From a virus, in the IMG/VR virus record IMGVR_UViG_3300034061_002572, positions 32,001-96,000 of that record: a stretch of DNA of 64,000 nt, one strand, 5' to 3'. The notes beneath the pieces are model-generated. The model worked only from the letters and a program-made list of their open reading frames with translations. It was not told the DNA's origin and did no database searches. Numbering within the stretch: the first letter of the stretch is position 1; each line of letters starts with the position of its first letter. The position numbers and the translations under genes were made by a program. Of the stretch, positions 1 to 11,800 are shown piece after piece.

Positions 1-3000
1 GATCCTTTTATTACATTAGGTATCAATGGAATCAAGGCAAATTTATGCATTGCATTGACCGGTAACTCAGTATATGCCAAGTGACCAAAGTGCTGTAACT
101 TATATGCTGGAAAAAATTCAGATATCTCAGAAGTTGTAACTGGTTTGTTTTGAATAATTTTTTGGAATAGAGCTTCCTGTTTATCCGTCCAATTGTTTTC
201 AAGCAATCTTAAATTCCTATATGCATCAAAAGTAATGAAACCTTGTGCATCAGTCTCTTCCATTTTTTCATACTTCTCAACTTCTAAGTTTACTCTTCTT
301 TCAACCTCAGCTTTAAGAGCATCACCTTTATATGATTTACTTAACTTGTTAGTATAATCTTTAGTCAGACCTTTTCTGATTTGCTCAGTATAAACAGACT
401 TTCTTTCTATATCTCTGAATATTGCAGTATTGAAAGTACCTCTATACTCAGTCCATAGATTCATTTCATTTGCAAATTCAGGTTGTTTCTTTAACTCTTT
501 TGCATATGAAGTATTTTTTGCAAAGCTATTTATAAAGTTCTGTGCATATACATCAGTTAGAAATCCTTGCCCACCTGATGTAGATCCTGTATTTCTTTTA
601 TGCATCTCTTCTTTTGCATGGTTATATTGTACCATATCACCATACATAAGGTTTGCAGTCTCAAAGTTATGTATCCAGGAGTTGTATGTAAAAGCTTTTA
701 CTAAAGCTGATACAGCTTCACTTTGCTTCATACCTAATCCTGTAAGTCTTTTTAATAGTTTAGGATCTATGTAGTTTACCTCAGTAAGATACTTCTCATT
801 CTTAAGAGCTTGAGCATCAAAGTAATTTTTAATCTCATTAGTAATCTTTTCTCGAAGTTCTGTATTTGTTTGTAAGTATTCTCTTAATGTAGAATCTTTT
901 ACATTTTTATAGATCTCTTCTTTAGTATCTTGAGTTAATACATTATCAAATGCAGTAAAGACTTGACCAGCATAAAGAATAGGATCACCATTGGCATCAT
1001 ATTCTAAAACTCTATTATATCCACTATATGTTTTAAATAGATCTTGATCAGAATTAAATGCTTGAATTCTTCCTAACTCAGCATCCAAATAGTCTATAAA
1101 GAATTCTTCAACAGCATACTGGTTAGCAATACCATTAGGAGTGAACATGTCTATATCAATATATAGATGTCCATCATCTCCTTTTTCCATTCCTCCAACT
1201 ATATCACCGTTTACCTTTACACCAAATGAAGATGACTTAGAAGCATGTCTCATAAACTCTTGAAGACCACCTTTTAACATCATATGCATTTCTTGCAAAA
1301 ACTTACTATAGATATCTAGTGAAGTAGTATTAGCTCCTTCCGTACCATCAGCAATCTGGGTTCCAGACACATAATTCAAATCCAAAGACTTACCTTGCCT
1401 TCTTTCATAAGTAGCTGTATCAATTTCAAAAATACTGTTTAGAATCTTTGATCTCAAAGTAAAAGAGTTTATCTCTGGATTAAGATAACTCATATACGCT
1501 AACTTGTCAGATCCCCATAATTCTTGTAAATTCTTAGCTTGATTAATAGCATGCACAATCATACTAACTGTATGATCTTCAATGTGTTCAAATACTAGAT
1601 TTCTCTCGGCATTCAATACACTAAAGTTTGAAGAGTCTGCACCATATTTACCTTGAAGTTCTGCAAATCTTTCTATAATATTTTTTTGCTTGAACTGTTC
1701 TGTTCCAATAACACCTGCCGGAATTCCTTTTTTCAATACTCCAACAGGATCTAGTTTAAAGTCAGCTATTGTTTTTAATTGATCTCTAGTGACTTTATTT
1801 TTTTCTTTATTAGATAGTTCCTCAAGTTCAGAAAGTTTTTTAACTGCCTGATAAATATACTGGAGACTATAGAAGTCTTTATTTTTATTAAGCTCATTCT
1901 TTATAATTGATAAATCATCAAGATATAAACCAATGGCTCTTGCAAATTCAAATGACTTTGTACTATCAAATGCACCACTATCTTTTCTTCCAAATTTTTC
2001 AGCAATCTTTTGAAGATCAAGAGAGTTTACATTATTAGTTCTAATAGTATATGGATTGTTTGTATCCGCCTTAAACTTATTTTGAAACTTCCGTATTACA
2101 CTGGAAGTCTCTATTGAAGCTTCTGTAACTTCTAACTCATATCCTTTACCTTCTTTAAATGCCGTAAGCTGAATATATGTTACTCTTGGCTTCTTAAAGT
2201 CTTGCCAGAATGCAGAACTAATTGAAAACTCATACTTATCTAAAGTCTTTGTTGGGTCCGGAAGTTTATAATCAATAAGTTGTTGTAACTCAGGAAATGT
2301 AGTAGAAGCAGCTTTAAGCTTATTATACATTTCAACTCTGTCTTTTGTACCACCTATTGTTCTGGTTACATTATTCCATGTAGTAGTAAAATCAGCAAGT
2401 TCTTTAAAACCTAGTTTATTGTAAACAAAGTTTTTACCATCTTTCTTAAATAAACTTTTTAGAATGTAAACAGTTTCTTTACTAGCTAGTTCTTGAAGAG
2501 ATTTATCATTAGATATTTTATCACCATACCTTTCACTCTGTTGAGCTTCTTCAACTACAGTTTTATTTTCATCATCTGCATATTCTATTTCAATATACTT
2601 CTGACGAACAATATCAAATGTACTGTTTTCAATATGATACTTTACTAAACCTTTAGTTTCATCACCAAAATTATCTAATCCAATTTGAATGATTCTCTTG
2701 GCATCTTCTAACTGAGATATCTCATACTCTCTTTCAGGATTATTTTCAATAACTTTAATTTGAGAATCAATTTGTTTTAGTCTCTCTCTGAGTTCTTCTT
2801 CAACCATCTCATAAGCAACCTTCTTGTTTCTTTGATCAGTTAAGATTTTTACAGCTCCCGCCTTACTTACTATTTTATCATCATTCTGTTGTTTAGCAAG
2901 TTCAATAGACTCTGCATAAGTTTTATCAATAATATCAGATATAATTGAATCAATACTATTTACTAATACTGCAGAATCTTGAAAGTTTAATACTTCTGAC

Positions 3001-5792
3001 TTTAAACCATCAACAGAATTAACACCTCTATCCAGCATGCTGAACATTGCATTATCTACATTTGGTTTATAGATGTTTAGTATTGAGGGATCACCACTTG
3101 CCATGTATAACTTATCATACAATTCCTTGACAGCAGGTATAAGAGTTACATCACCGGCAACTTCTTCTCTTTTGAATACTTTATTAAATAATGACTTTAT
3201 AAAATTTAAAATTCTTCTAAACAGACTATTCTTTACAGGAGTATCTTTTGCAGCTTTTGGATTTAGAACATAACTCCTAAAGTCTTCTGCCAGCATTTCT
3301 TCTAATTCAAAATATGTTTTGTCTTTGTTAGGTTGATTACCTTTAGAATCTGTATAATTTTTTAATTCATTATATAGCTTAGTCTTTTCTTCTTTAGTTA
3401 AGAACAACTGAGAAAATGCATGCCATGCTTCATGGTATACATCTACCATAGTTCCACCATTAGCAGTATCAATATTTATACTTGTATCCGCCAGAGTAGC
3501 TCCAGCAATAATAAAATTTGCAAAAGAATCTGAGTTAACAACATTACTCATTTGTTCAAGCTTGATAAACTTACTTAATGGACTATTCTTCCACCATTTT
3601 ATAGCTTCATCAACTTGTTCTTTGGTAACATTATTAGGTAACTTATTACTTCTGTCCCAGAAAAATCGGTTTCTCAAAGTTCCTTTTGAAGTAGGTGTTT
3701 CTTCAGGTCCTTTAGTATCTTTAGGTTGAATACCTTCTTCAATACTTGGAGCAACTGGGAATGATACACTTTCTTTAAGTATAAAGTCATCGGTACTTGT
3801 CGGTAATACATCCGGTTCACTTTTTACTGCTGAATCTACATTAGTAGGTGCAACCTCTCCAAATGTAAGAGTATCTGTAACTTCTCCTTCTTCTTTAACT
3901 TCAGTAGGTTGAGTAGATGGTTTTTGATCAACTTTTTCTTTAGCTCTATTTAAACTTTCAGTAAATGGAGTATTAGGTCTGAACATAATATAAGAGTTGA
4001 AAACTCCTAGACTATTCTCAGGTGTAAATTTTACTTTAGCAGGAAACTGTTTAATGAAATCAGTATAGTTTGCTCTTACAAACTTACCTGTAGTAGTATC
4101 ATAGTCAGAAAAAGTTTTACCATTAAGTTTAGGTTCAAACTTCATTTTAGAAGTTGAGTATTCACCGTCCTCTCTATATGCATACTTTAATACATTCTCG
4201 ATAATATCTTTTGCATCTGGTTTAGTAAGATCAAGCGCAATAGGATCATTCTTTAATTTATCTAACATAGCTTTATACATTGTATAAGGTCTATAGAAAA
4301 ATGATAGTTTGCCTTCTGCTTTATTATAGAAGACAGCATGTCTTTGAACTGAATAGTCAAGATTAGCTGTAAACTGATTTACATAAATATATTTTTGTTG
4401 ATCGGTTAACTGTGGATTTGTAAGTACTGCAACAATTTTACCTATAAGATTATCATCCATATTAGGTCTATTAACTGCAAACTCTCTGTCATTAATAGTA
4501 ATTACTGCTTGAGATTGTCCAAAACCATCACGAGGAGATTTGATAATATTTAGTGTTTGATATACATCATTTGATACTCCCGGGATATTTGTTAGTTCAT
4601 TAAACTTAACTTCCTTGGTCACATATCCCATGTTTAATCCTTCACTAACACCAGTTATAGAGAAGTCTTCAGTTTTCCCTTCTAGTATATTTTTTTTAAT
4701 ATCATAGAGAATTTTAAACTGAGCTTGCTGTTCAACTTCTTTTTCAGCAATTAAATCTTCAATTGTTTTTCCTGTATCTTTTAATAACTGAGCAGCAAAT
4801 TCTTCTTCAGTCATTTCTGATTCAGCTATTTCATTTTCTACAAGTTGTTTAGGAGTAATGATTTGATTATCAATACCATAGATATCTGTTACTCTATACT
4901 TGCCATCTTCAATTCTGGTGTCTCTTAAAAATTGATAAACCAGTTTTCCAGTTTCACGATTATCAGTAACATGTCCATCTTCATCAAATAAAACAATCTG
5001 ATTAGTATTTTTATCTACTAATACCATTGCAATCATTTCATTTGCTTCAGTAACTCCAGCTCTACCTGTTTTGTTCTTTCTAAATAGAGCACTCTTTTTT
5101 ATTCGGTCAATAGCATACTTATCTAATTGCTCTTGAGGAAGTTCTGTTAATCTTTTAGGTTGAAGCACTAAGTTTTTACCTTCAAAGATTAGATCTGTCA
5201 TTGCATTAAATCCTTCAGGTAATGATCTTCTGATATTATATAGAGTATTATAAATTCTATTTTTTGTTGGTTCAAGTTCTTCAATTGCAAACTCTTCTTT
5301 CTCAGAAGGTTTTTTTGCTTTGAATTGTTGCATTGTTAAACCAAAAGGACTCTTAGCAGCAAGTCTTACATCAGCTTTCTGAATAGGCTTTTGTTCATTT
5401 GGATTATTCAAGACATTTCCTTGTTGGATTTTAACAAGTGTCTTTAAATTTTTTGGATCAGCAACTGGTTTAAATTGTTTTAGTACACTATCTATTCCAG
5501 TATCCGGATCTAAGAATGTATCTCTTAACTCCATCAAGTCTGTTTCCTTCTTAAGTTTTAATCCTCTCATAGAAGGTTTCATAGCAATTGTACCAATAAT
5601 CATAGGTAACTGCTGAACAAATAATGCCCCTGTTATAGGATCATTCTTCTTGTCATATAAGTCAAAAATTTGTTGCATTAGCTGCTTAGGATCAAACTCT
5701 TCACCTTTTGAAAGTGAAGCATTCATTCCTGAACTAGCTACAATATATAAATTCTTAATGTCCTTTTCGGTTAATACACAACTTGTTTTCAT
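1..5792 (-). CDS. Giant virion-associated RNA polymerase-like protein with N-terminal zincin domain (partial, runs off window start; not in ORF track)
   Basis: ATG at 5792 (MKTSCVLTEKDIKNLY...). Spot translations near 5700, 3430, 250 and 1-120 fall in one frame. HEAWH (3420-3434) plus EEMLAEDFR form a zincin motif. EETDAQGFITFDAYR (~220-260) and MHKFALIPLIP resemble crAss-like virion RNAP segments. It follows the cargo genes as in crAss-like phages. The catalytic DxDxD is not in the window. Confidence 0.75.
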   Translation of the reverse strand, partial: MKTSCVLTEKDIKNLYIVASSGMNASLSKGEEFDPKQLMQQIFDLYDKKNDPITGALFVQQLPMIIGTIAMKPSMRGLKLKKETDLMELRDTFLDPDTGIDSVLKQFKPVADPKNLKTLVKIQQGNVLNNPNEQKPIQKADVRLAAKSPFGLTMQQFKAKKPSEKEEFAIEELEPTKNRIYNTLYNIRRSLPEGFNAMTDLIFEGKNLVLQPKRLTELPQEQLDKYAIDRIKKSALFRKNKTGRAGVTEANEMIAMVLVDKNTNQIVLFDEDGHVTDNRETGKLVYQFLRDTRIEDGKYRVTDIYGIDNQIITPKQLVENEIAESEMTEEEFAAQLLKDTGKTIEDLIAEKEVEQQAQFKILYDIKKNILEGKTEDFSITGVSEGLNMGYVTKEVKFNELTNIPGVSNDVYQTLNIIKSPRDGFGQSQAVITINDREFAVNRPNMDDNLIGKIVAVLTNPQLTDQQKYIYVNQFTANLDYSVQRHAVFYNKAEGKLSFFYRPYTMYKAMLDKLKNDPIALDLTKPDAKDIIENVLKYAYREDGEYSTSKMKFEPKLNGKTFSDYDTTTGKFVRANYTDFIKQFPAKVKFTPENSLGVFNSYIMFRPNTPFTESLNRAKEKVDQKPSTQPTEVKEEGEVTDTLTFGEVAPTNVDSAVKSEPDVLPTSTDDFILKESVSFPVAPSIEEGIQPKDTKGPEETPTSKGTLRNRFFWDRSNKLPNNVTKEQVDEAIKWWKNSPLSKFIKLEQMSNVVNSDSFANFIIAGATLADTSINIDTANGGTMVDVYHEAWHAFSQLFLTKEEKTKLYNELKNYTDSKGNQPNKDKTYFELEEMLAEDFRSYVLNPKAAKDTPVKNSLFRRILNFIKSLFNKVFKREEVAGDVTLIPAVKELYDKLYMASGDPSILNIYKPNVDNAMFSMLDRGVNSVDGLKSEVLNFQDSAVLVNSIDSIISDIIDKTYAESIELAKQQNDDKIVSKAGAVKILTDQRNKKVAYEMVEEELRERLKQIDSQIKVIENNPEREYEISQLEDAKRIIQIGLDNFGDETKGLVKYHIENSTFDIVRQKYIEIEYADDENKTVVEEAQQSERYGDKISNDKSLQELASKETVYILKSLFKKDGKNFVYNKLGFKELADFTTTWNNVTRTIGGTKDRVEMYNKLKAASTTFPELQQLIDYKLPDPTKTLDKYEFSISSAFWQDFKKPRVTYIQLTAFKEGKGYELEVTEASIETSSVIRKFQNKFKADTNNPYTIRTNNVNSLDLQKIAEKFGRKDSGAFDSTKSFEFARAIGLYLDDLSIIKNELNKNKDFYSLQYIYQAVKKLSELEELSNKEKNKVTRDQLKTIADFKLDPVGVLKKGIPAGVIGTEQFKQKNIIERFAELQGKYGADSSNFSVLNAERNLVFEHIEDHTVSMIVHAINQAKNLQELWGSDKLAYMSYLNPEINSFTLRSKILNSIFEIDTATYERRQGKSLDLNYVSGTQIADGTEGANTTSLDIYSKFLQEMHMMLKGGLQEFMRHASKSSSFGVKVNGDIVGGMEKGDDGHLYIDIDMFTPNGIANQYAVEEFFIDYLDAELGRIQAFNSDQDLFKTYSGYNRVLEYDANGDPILYAGQVFTAFDNVLTQDTKEEIYKNVKDSTLREYLQTNTELREKITNEIKNYFDAQALKNEKYLTEVNYIDPKLLKRLTGLGMKQSEAVSALVKAFTYNSWIHNFETANLMYGDMVQYNHAKEEMHKRNTGSTSGGQGFLTDVYAQNFINSFAKNTSYAKELKKQPEFANEMNLWTEYRGTFNTAIFRDIERKSVYTEQIRKGLTKDYTNKLSKSYKGDALKAEVERRVNLEVEKYEKMEETDAQGFITFDAYRNLRLLENNWTDKQEALFQKIIQNKPVTTSEISEFFPAYKLQHFGHLAYTELPVNAMHKFALIPLIPNVIKG

Positions 5793-5802
5793 TTACTACT
5801 GA

Positions 5803-8800
5803 TTATGATTCACAATTTTCTTCTCTCTCTTTTTCCATTTGAGCAAGAGCATCTTCAAGGCTTGTAGTTTTTCCTTGTTGATCTAATTCATTAAGATTAG
5901 CTGTTTCAAGGAAATTTTCAGTTACTACAGAACTATCAACTGATGTTTCTTTAGTAACAGGATCTGCACCTGTTGTATATTGTGCTTTATATTCTTCAAT
6001 GCTCATAGTAGTAAAATAGTCATTTATTTCGGATAAATCAAGTGTTCTTTGAGAACCTTGGTATTTAAATTTAACTTTTCCATTTTCAACAGAAGAAACT
6101 CTTATTTCGGCACCTACATCTGCAAACACTTCATTTGGATTTCGAGCTTTAAAGATAGTACTAATAACTGTAAGTTTATCACCCGCTTGAATAGAAGATT
6201 CACTTATTTTTACATTAGTAGGATCAGTAAGTTCTGCTTTTTTCTCACTAAGTAAATCTGATATTACTTCCATATCGGTTGGAGTTATTTCAAATGCTAA
6301 AGCCTTATTATTCAATTCTAACTGATAAGCTAAAAATGTTTGCATATCATTTATAGTCTTCAGTTTTTCCACTACATCATCTACAGAAATTAATTCCGGA
6401 GTGTTATCAAAAGTAATTGAACTTGTTACTTTACCTTCTTCATTAATATTAGTTGGTATTCCAAATGAAAGTGAACTGACAACTTGTTCTTCTCCTGTAG
6501 GAGTTGGAACAACATCATCCTGTGGTTGTTTTTCCTGAGTAAGTAATTCATACTTAGTTATAAGATCTTTAACATCAGCTTTACTAGTTGCTGCTTTAGC
6601 AGTTTCTATATCTTCATCTGACATTAAGTCAATCATTGCACTAGTAAATCCAAGTTTACTTAACTTAGCTTTTGCTGCCGGAGACATTTCAGTACCAACT
6701 GTAATAGGTGCTTTAAGAGGAATCAATTTATCTATATCCTCTTTTACAGAATTCTTGTCTAAGTTAACAATATATTTTCCTGGAGCTAACAATCTAGTCT
6801 CTCCTGGTTTAAGAGCTTTTTTATCAACTGGTCTAGATACTGAAGTTATCATACCTGTTTCATCCTCATATGTAATTTGTATTGGAAGAATTCCAACATT
6901 TACATCAAGTCCTGGAAACATGTTCTGTAATAACCTTGCATATGCAGCTTGCTGATATGTATTTTCTATTTTCTTATTATAATGAATACTTGTAGGATCA
7001 TTATATCCAGCCCATTTACTTTCTTTACCAGTCTTAACATCCACAATAAACATTTTACCAGATTGGTCTACCAATAGTAAATCTATCTCACCTGCTATTG
7101 CAGCATCCTCATCATACACTCTCAAGTCTTCAGACACAACATAATACTGACCTGTATCAACCATTTCTTTTATCTTAGCTAGATAACCGTTTTCACCAAA
7201 TAATTGATTATAAGCTTCTTCAGTTATTTTAGCAGGATTAAACACTGGTGTTTTACCGGCAAATAATTCTTTAATTGCTCTATCAATATAATTACCTGCT
7301 TCAGTAGCTTCATCATATGTATTTTCATTTGTTATAGGTTTAACTTCTTCACGGAGAATATTAAACTTATCCATTTCATCTTCAATTTCTGAAGTATTAA
7401 ATACATAATTTTTATCTCTATTTTGTCTGAGTTTATTGTATACAGCTGATGGTTGGTCTAAAACATCATCTGTTACTACTTGATCACCAAATATTGTAAT
7501 GTGTCTTCCATCTATAACATTTCCATCTTTTAAATTAAAGATCCATTTTTTAACCATTTCCATTTCATCCATTGGAGCATCAACAGTGACAGTTCCATTT
7601 TGAATTGGTGATGTAAGTCCTTCTCTAGATATGTATCCTCTATTCATAAAGTTTAACATATCAGATTTCATTTTCTTAAATGCATTTTCACTTAGACCAT
7701 CATCTTTAATTTTTTTGTTTCTAAGTTCATTAATAAATTCATCCAAGAAAGCTTCATTAGGTTCAGTTACATTTGGATTATTTTTCTTATAGTTAGCAAG
7801 TGCTGTATCATAAGCCTTCATGACTTTATCCATATACTTGTAACTGTACTCTTTTGGTAATACTCTTTGGATTGCTTTTGTAACCCTTTCCATTACCTTT
7901 CCATTTATAACATAGCTACCATCAAATAAAATATTTTTCTGCATATCTTTAAGCTGTTCAATTTGCTCAATTGCTTTTTTCATTTCAGTTGAGTATCCAG
8001 CTCTTGATCTAGATTTAATTAATAACTCAAGCTTATTCTGAATTGCTTTCATTTCAGCTATTGAGTTAATATTCTCTAATGACGGTGTAGTGATTTTATT
8101 AAGATTATCAATAATAAGTTCTAGGTCAGAAATTAATTTTCTTAAGTTAGGAATTGTCTTATAATCTGCAGTATTAACTTTTTTACCATTAATCATAAAT
8201 GTAAAATCCTCAACTTCTCCAGTTTCTTCAGTAGCAGCTTTAATTTTTGCATTCTGATTATACTGTGAAATTAAATCTTTAGCAGACAAACTTGTTCTCA
8301 TGAAGTCAGCAAAGAAGTTTTCTTTCTGTTCTTCAGAAGCAGACTCAGTAAGATTCTTAGGTAATGACTCAAAATAAGATTGATATGCACTCATAAGAGA
8401 TTCATATAACTCCGGAGCTCTCCTTTGTATTTCATCTATAGGAGTAGTGATTGTAATAGGTTCAGTTTTTTCAACTTGAGTTTCTTTTCCTAAACCTTCA
8501 CGATAACTATCTATAATCTCTGCTCTAAGTTTCTCATACTTTTCATTAATCATTTGAACTTCAGCAGGATCAGCTTTCATTACATTGCTATATCTTACAG
8601 CAGATGTAAAGTTGATATCATCATTCATCTCCACTAATTCACCCTCAGCATTATCATACTTCAGATTACCCATATCATTATAGTAAACTATAGGCTCATC
8701 TGCTCCTTCATATGTTGCTTCAATATACTCACCAGGTAATGATTCTTCAAGTATGGTTCCCATACTAAAGTATTTCATTTTACCTGTTGGTTCAATTATA

Positions 8801-11800
8801 CCATTATCTTGTCTCTGCATTGTTTTGACAAGATTATTAAGATCAATACTTTTTTGTTTATCAAGTTCATTTAATTGATCTTGTAAAGCTGTATCTACTT
8901 CTTCTTCTGCAAATCCGGTTTTATTTTTTTGGATTTGAGAAAGTAAAATAAATACTTGAATATACTCTTGGTATTTAGGATTACTAGATGTGATTACAGT
9001 ATTATTGCTATCATCATAAAACTCTTCCGGAAACTTACCATTTTCCATCCAGTCATTAAAAGCATCCAGACTAATATATATGTTTCGATCAGCTAAGTGA
9101 TTTAATAAATCATTACCTTCTTTAGCTTTTATGGCTTTATCAACCATATCTTTATAATACTCTTTTCTGTTATTATAAAGATCTTTCATCCATTTTGCAT
9201 TTCTGTTTACATGCTCAATATATCCTTCAGGATTATGAAGAAGATTGATGTAGTCAACAAGAGATCTAGATTCTTTTTCTAAATCATAAAAATCAATAAA
9301 CTTTTCAAATGCATTTTCAATATCTGAATCAAATAACTTAGGACCCTTGGTTAATGAATTTAAATAATTTCCAAACTCAGATTTCAAGTCATCCATCATT
9401 TTGATAACCTTTTCATCTGACATTTTTCCATATTTCTTTTCAACTTCAGCTGCTAGATCTTCTGAACTAATCTCAGGATTTATAGCTTTAATCTGATCAA
9501 TAAGTTCCTTCTTATTAAAGAAGTTATAATACTCATTAAACTTTTCTGAAAATTTTTCTAGACTAGCCAACTTTCTTTTTTTCTCCTCTAATAAGTTTTT
9601 ACTATCTGGTGTAGCCCCTGTTTGTTTTAGAGTTTCAATATCATTTTTTAGTAAGCCTATTTCATTTGCTAATCTACTTCTATCAAATAATACATTGACA
9701 TCAGAGTTAGAAACATTTTTAAGACTACCTATATTGGTTACACTATCAATTATGCTCTTCATTCTAGATGCCGTATCTTCAAATGACTCATTAAAAAATA
9801 CAGCATTCTTTCTAGCAGTTTCCCAAGCTTCATGATATATTTCGGCATCCTTGTATTCAGGACTATCCTTCCTATAATTTTTTAAATTAATTGGATTTGG
9901 AAATCTATCTTTATATTGATTATGTCTCTTTTGCATTTTTTGAGCTCTATCAACAACACGGTCAATCATTTCACCTTGTCTTTCGGCTCCAGTTCCAGGC
10001 TCCAATCCAAATGATTCTTCAAACTCTTCAGGAGTCATTTGTTTAAATGACTGTATGTGTTCAATAAAGTAATCCATTGTATCTGTATCAAGTACAGTAT
10101 TTATCTGAGATTGAAAAGCTGCATCCATAATATCTCTTTCAATTTTTTCTGATTGAGTCATTTTTGCTTTAGCAGCTGTAAATTGATTACCATAGTTAAA
10201 CATTCTTGAGTTAAAGAACTCTTTTGGATTTACAGCATTTAATGTTTCAACCACTTGTTTAGCTACTTTTTCTCTAGCATTCTTATAATCATTGTATGCT
10301 TCTTTATCAAAAATTTTATTCATACCAATACTTCCATATTTAATAGAAGCATTTAATGGAGCAGCAAACATACCCATTAAGAATCCTGATGAAAATGTTT
10401 CAAGACCTTGAGAACTAAACTGTTTACCAATTGAACTTTCTACAAGTCCTTTAGCATAGTTGTATGTTCCAACTGCAGGGTTATAAAAAGTATCTTTGTA
10501 ATATCTTTTTGTTGCATCAGAGATAACTTCCTGAGCATTTTCTTGAAGACCTTCTGTTATATTGGCTTTAAAATATGCAAATGCGGCTGGCAAACCTTTT
10601 CTAAATGGATCTTTTAAGAATGCTTTACCAGTATTAACTAAGCTATTTTCAACATACTTAAACTCTCCTTTCATTAATTGTTTTCCTACTTCTTCCGCAG
10701 ACTTCTTTGCTCTTTCAAATACAACCTTTCCTGTTTTAAAACTTAAGACATCATCCGTTGCACCTTTTAAGAAGTTTTTAATACCTCCTTTAGGATTAAT
10801 TAAATTAGGAAATACAATTTTATTAGAAGCATAGATGATTCCTGTATTCCATTTTAATGCAGTCATACCAGCTTGTTTAGACTGGTCTACCATTCTTTCT
10901 TGTTGTTTATCTGTTGGAGGGTATCCATTTCTTCTATAAAAATCATTATATAAATCTTTATATAAATCATTTTCTACCATTCCTCCTTCAAGCCTTGCTT
11001 CAGACAAAGCCATATTTAAAGCTCTGATATCTCTATACAATCCACCGGCTGTCTTCATACTAGCATTATAAACTCTAGCTAGTCCAGTAAAGTTATCTTC
11101 ATTCTTATAAATTGCTTTTGCAGCATCTGTAAGGTTGTCTAATGGATTAAGAAAGTTACCTACTGATTTAAATAAATTTCTAGTTTTATTAATATCATTT
11201 AAACCATGTAATGTTTTATTAATAGCCTTACCGGTATCCATTGCCAGATCTATACCTTTAAGTCCTTTAGTTATTAAAGGAACTTTTCTTAAGTTATTAG
11301 CTGTAGCTGCAAACAAACTACCACCTCCTGTTAAAGGAGCTAACATACCTCCAGCAACTTCTTCTAAAATAGCACTTGACATAATACCAGCTGTATAAGC
11401 AAAGCTCATAGCAGTATTATTTATAAATGATCCAAAACCTCCTCTTGAGGAATAACCTATTGCAGCTGCTTCAGAGTATCTTTTACTTTCGTCAAGATCA
11501 GGAGAAAAATCTCCTTGTAGCATTTTACCTAAACTTTTATAACTTGTAGTAAGACCCATTGAAAATAGTGGCCAAAATGAATGTGTTATCATTCTTTTTG
11601 AATCTTCTAATGTAGTCGTACCCGCATTGAATACTGCTTCATTATCCCTAAATGGTGTAAATCCTATAGCATCAAATTTTTCCTGACCCACTGCTTGATA
11701 TTTCTTAAAGAATGACTGACCTGTAGGTCCTGCATTATAAGCATATACCTTTCCGTATTTATTCTTATTTACTAAAGATCCTGCATCTGATGCGGATTTT

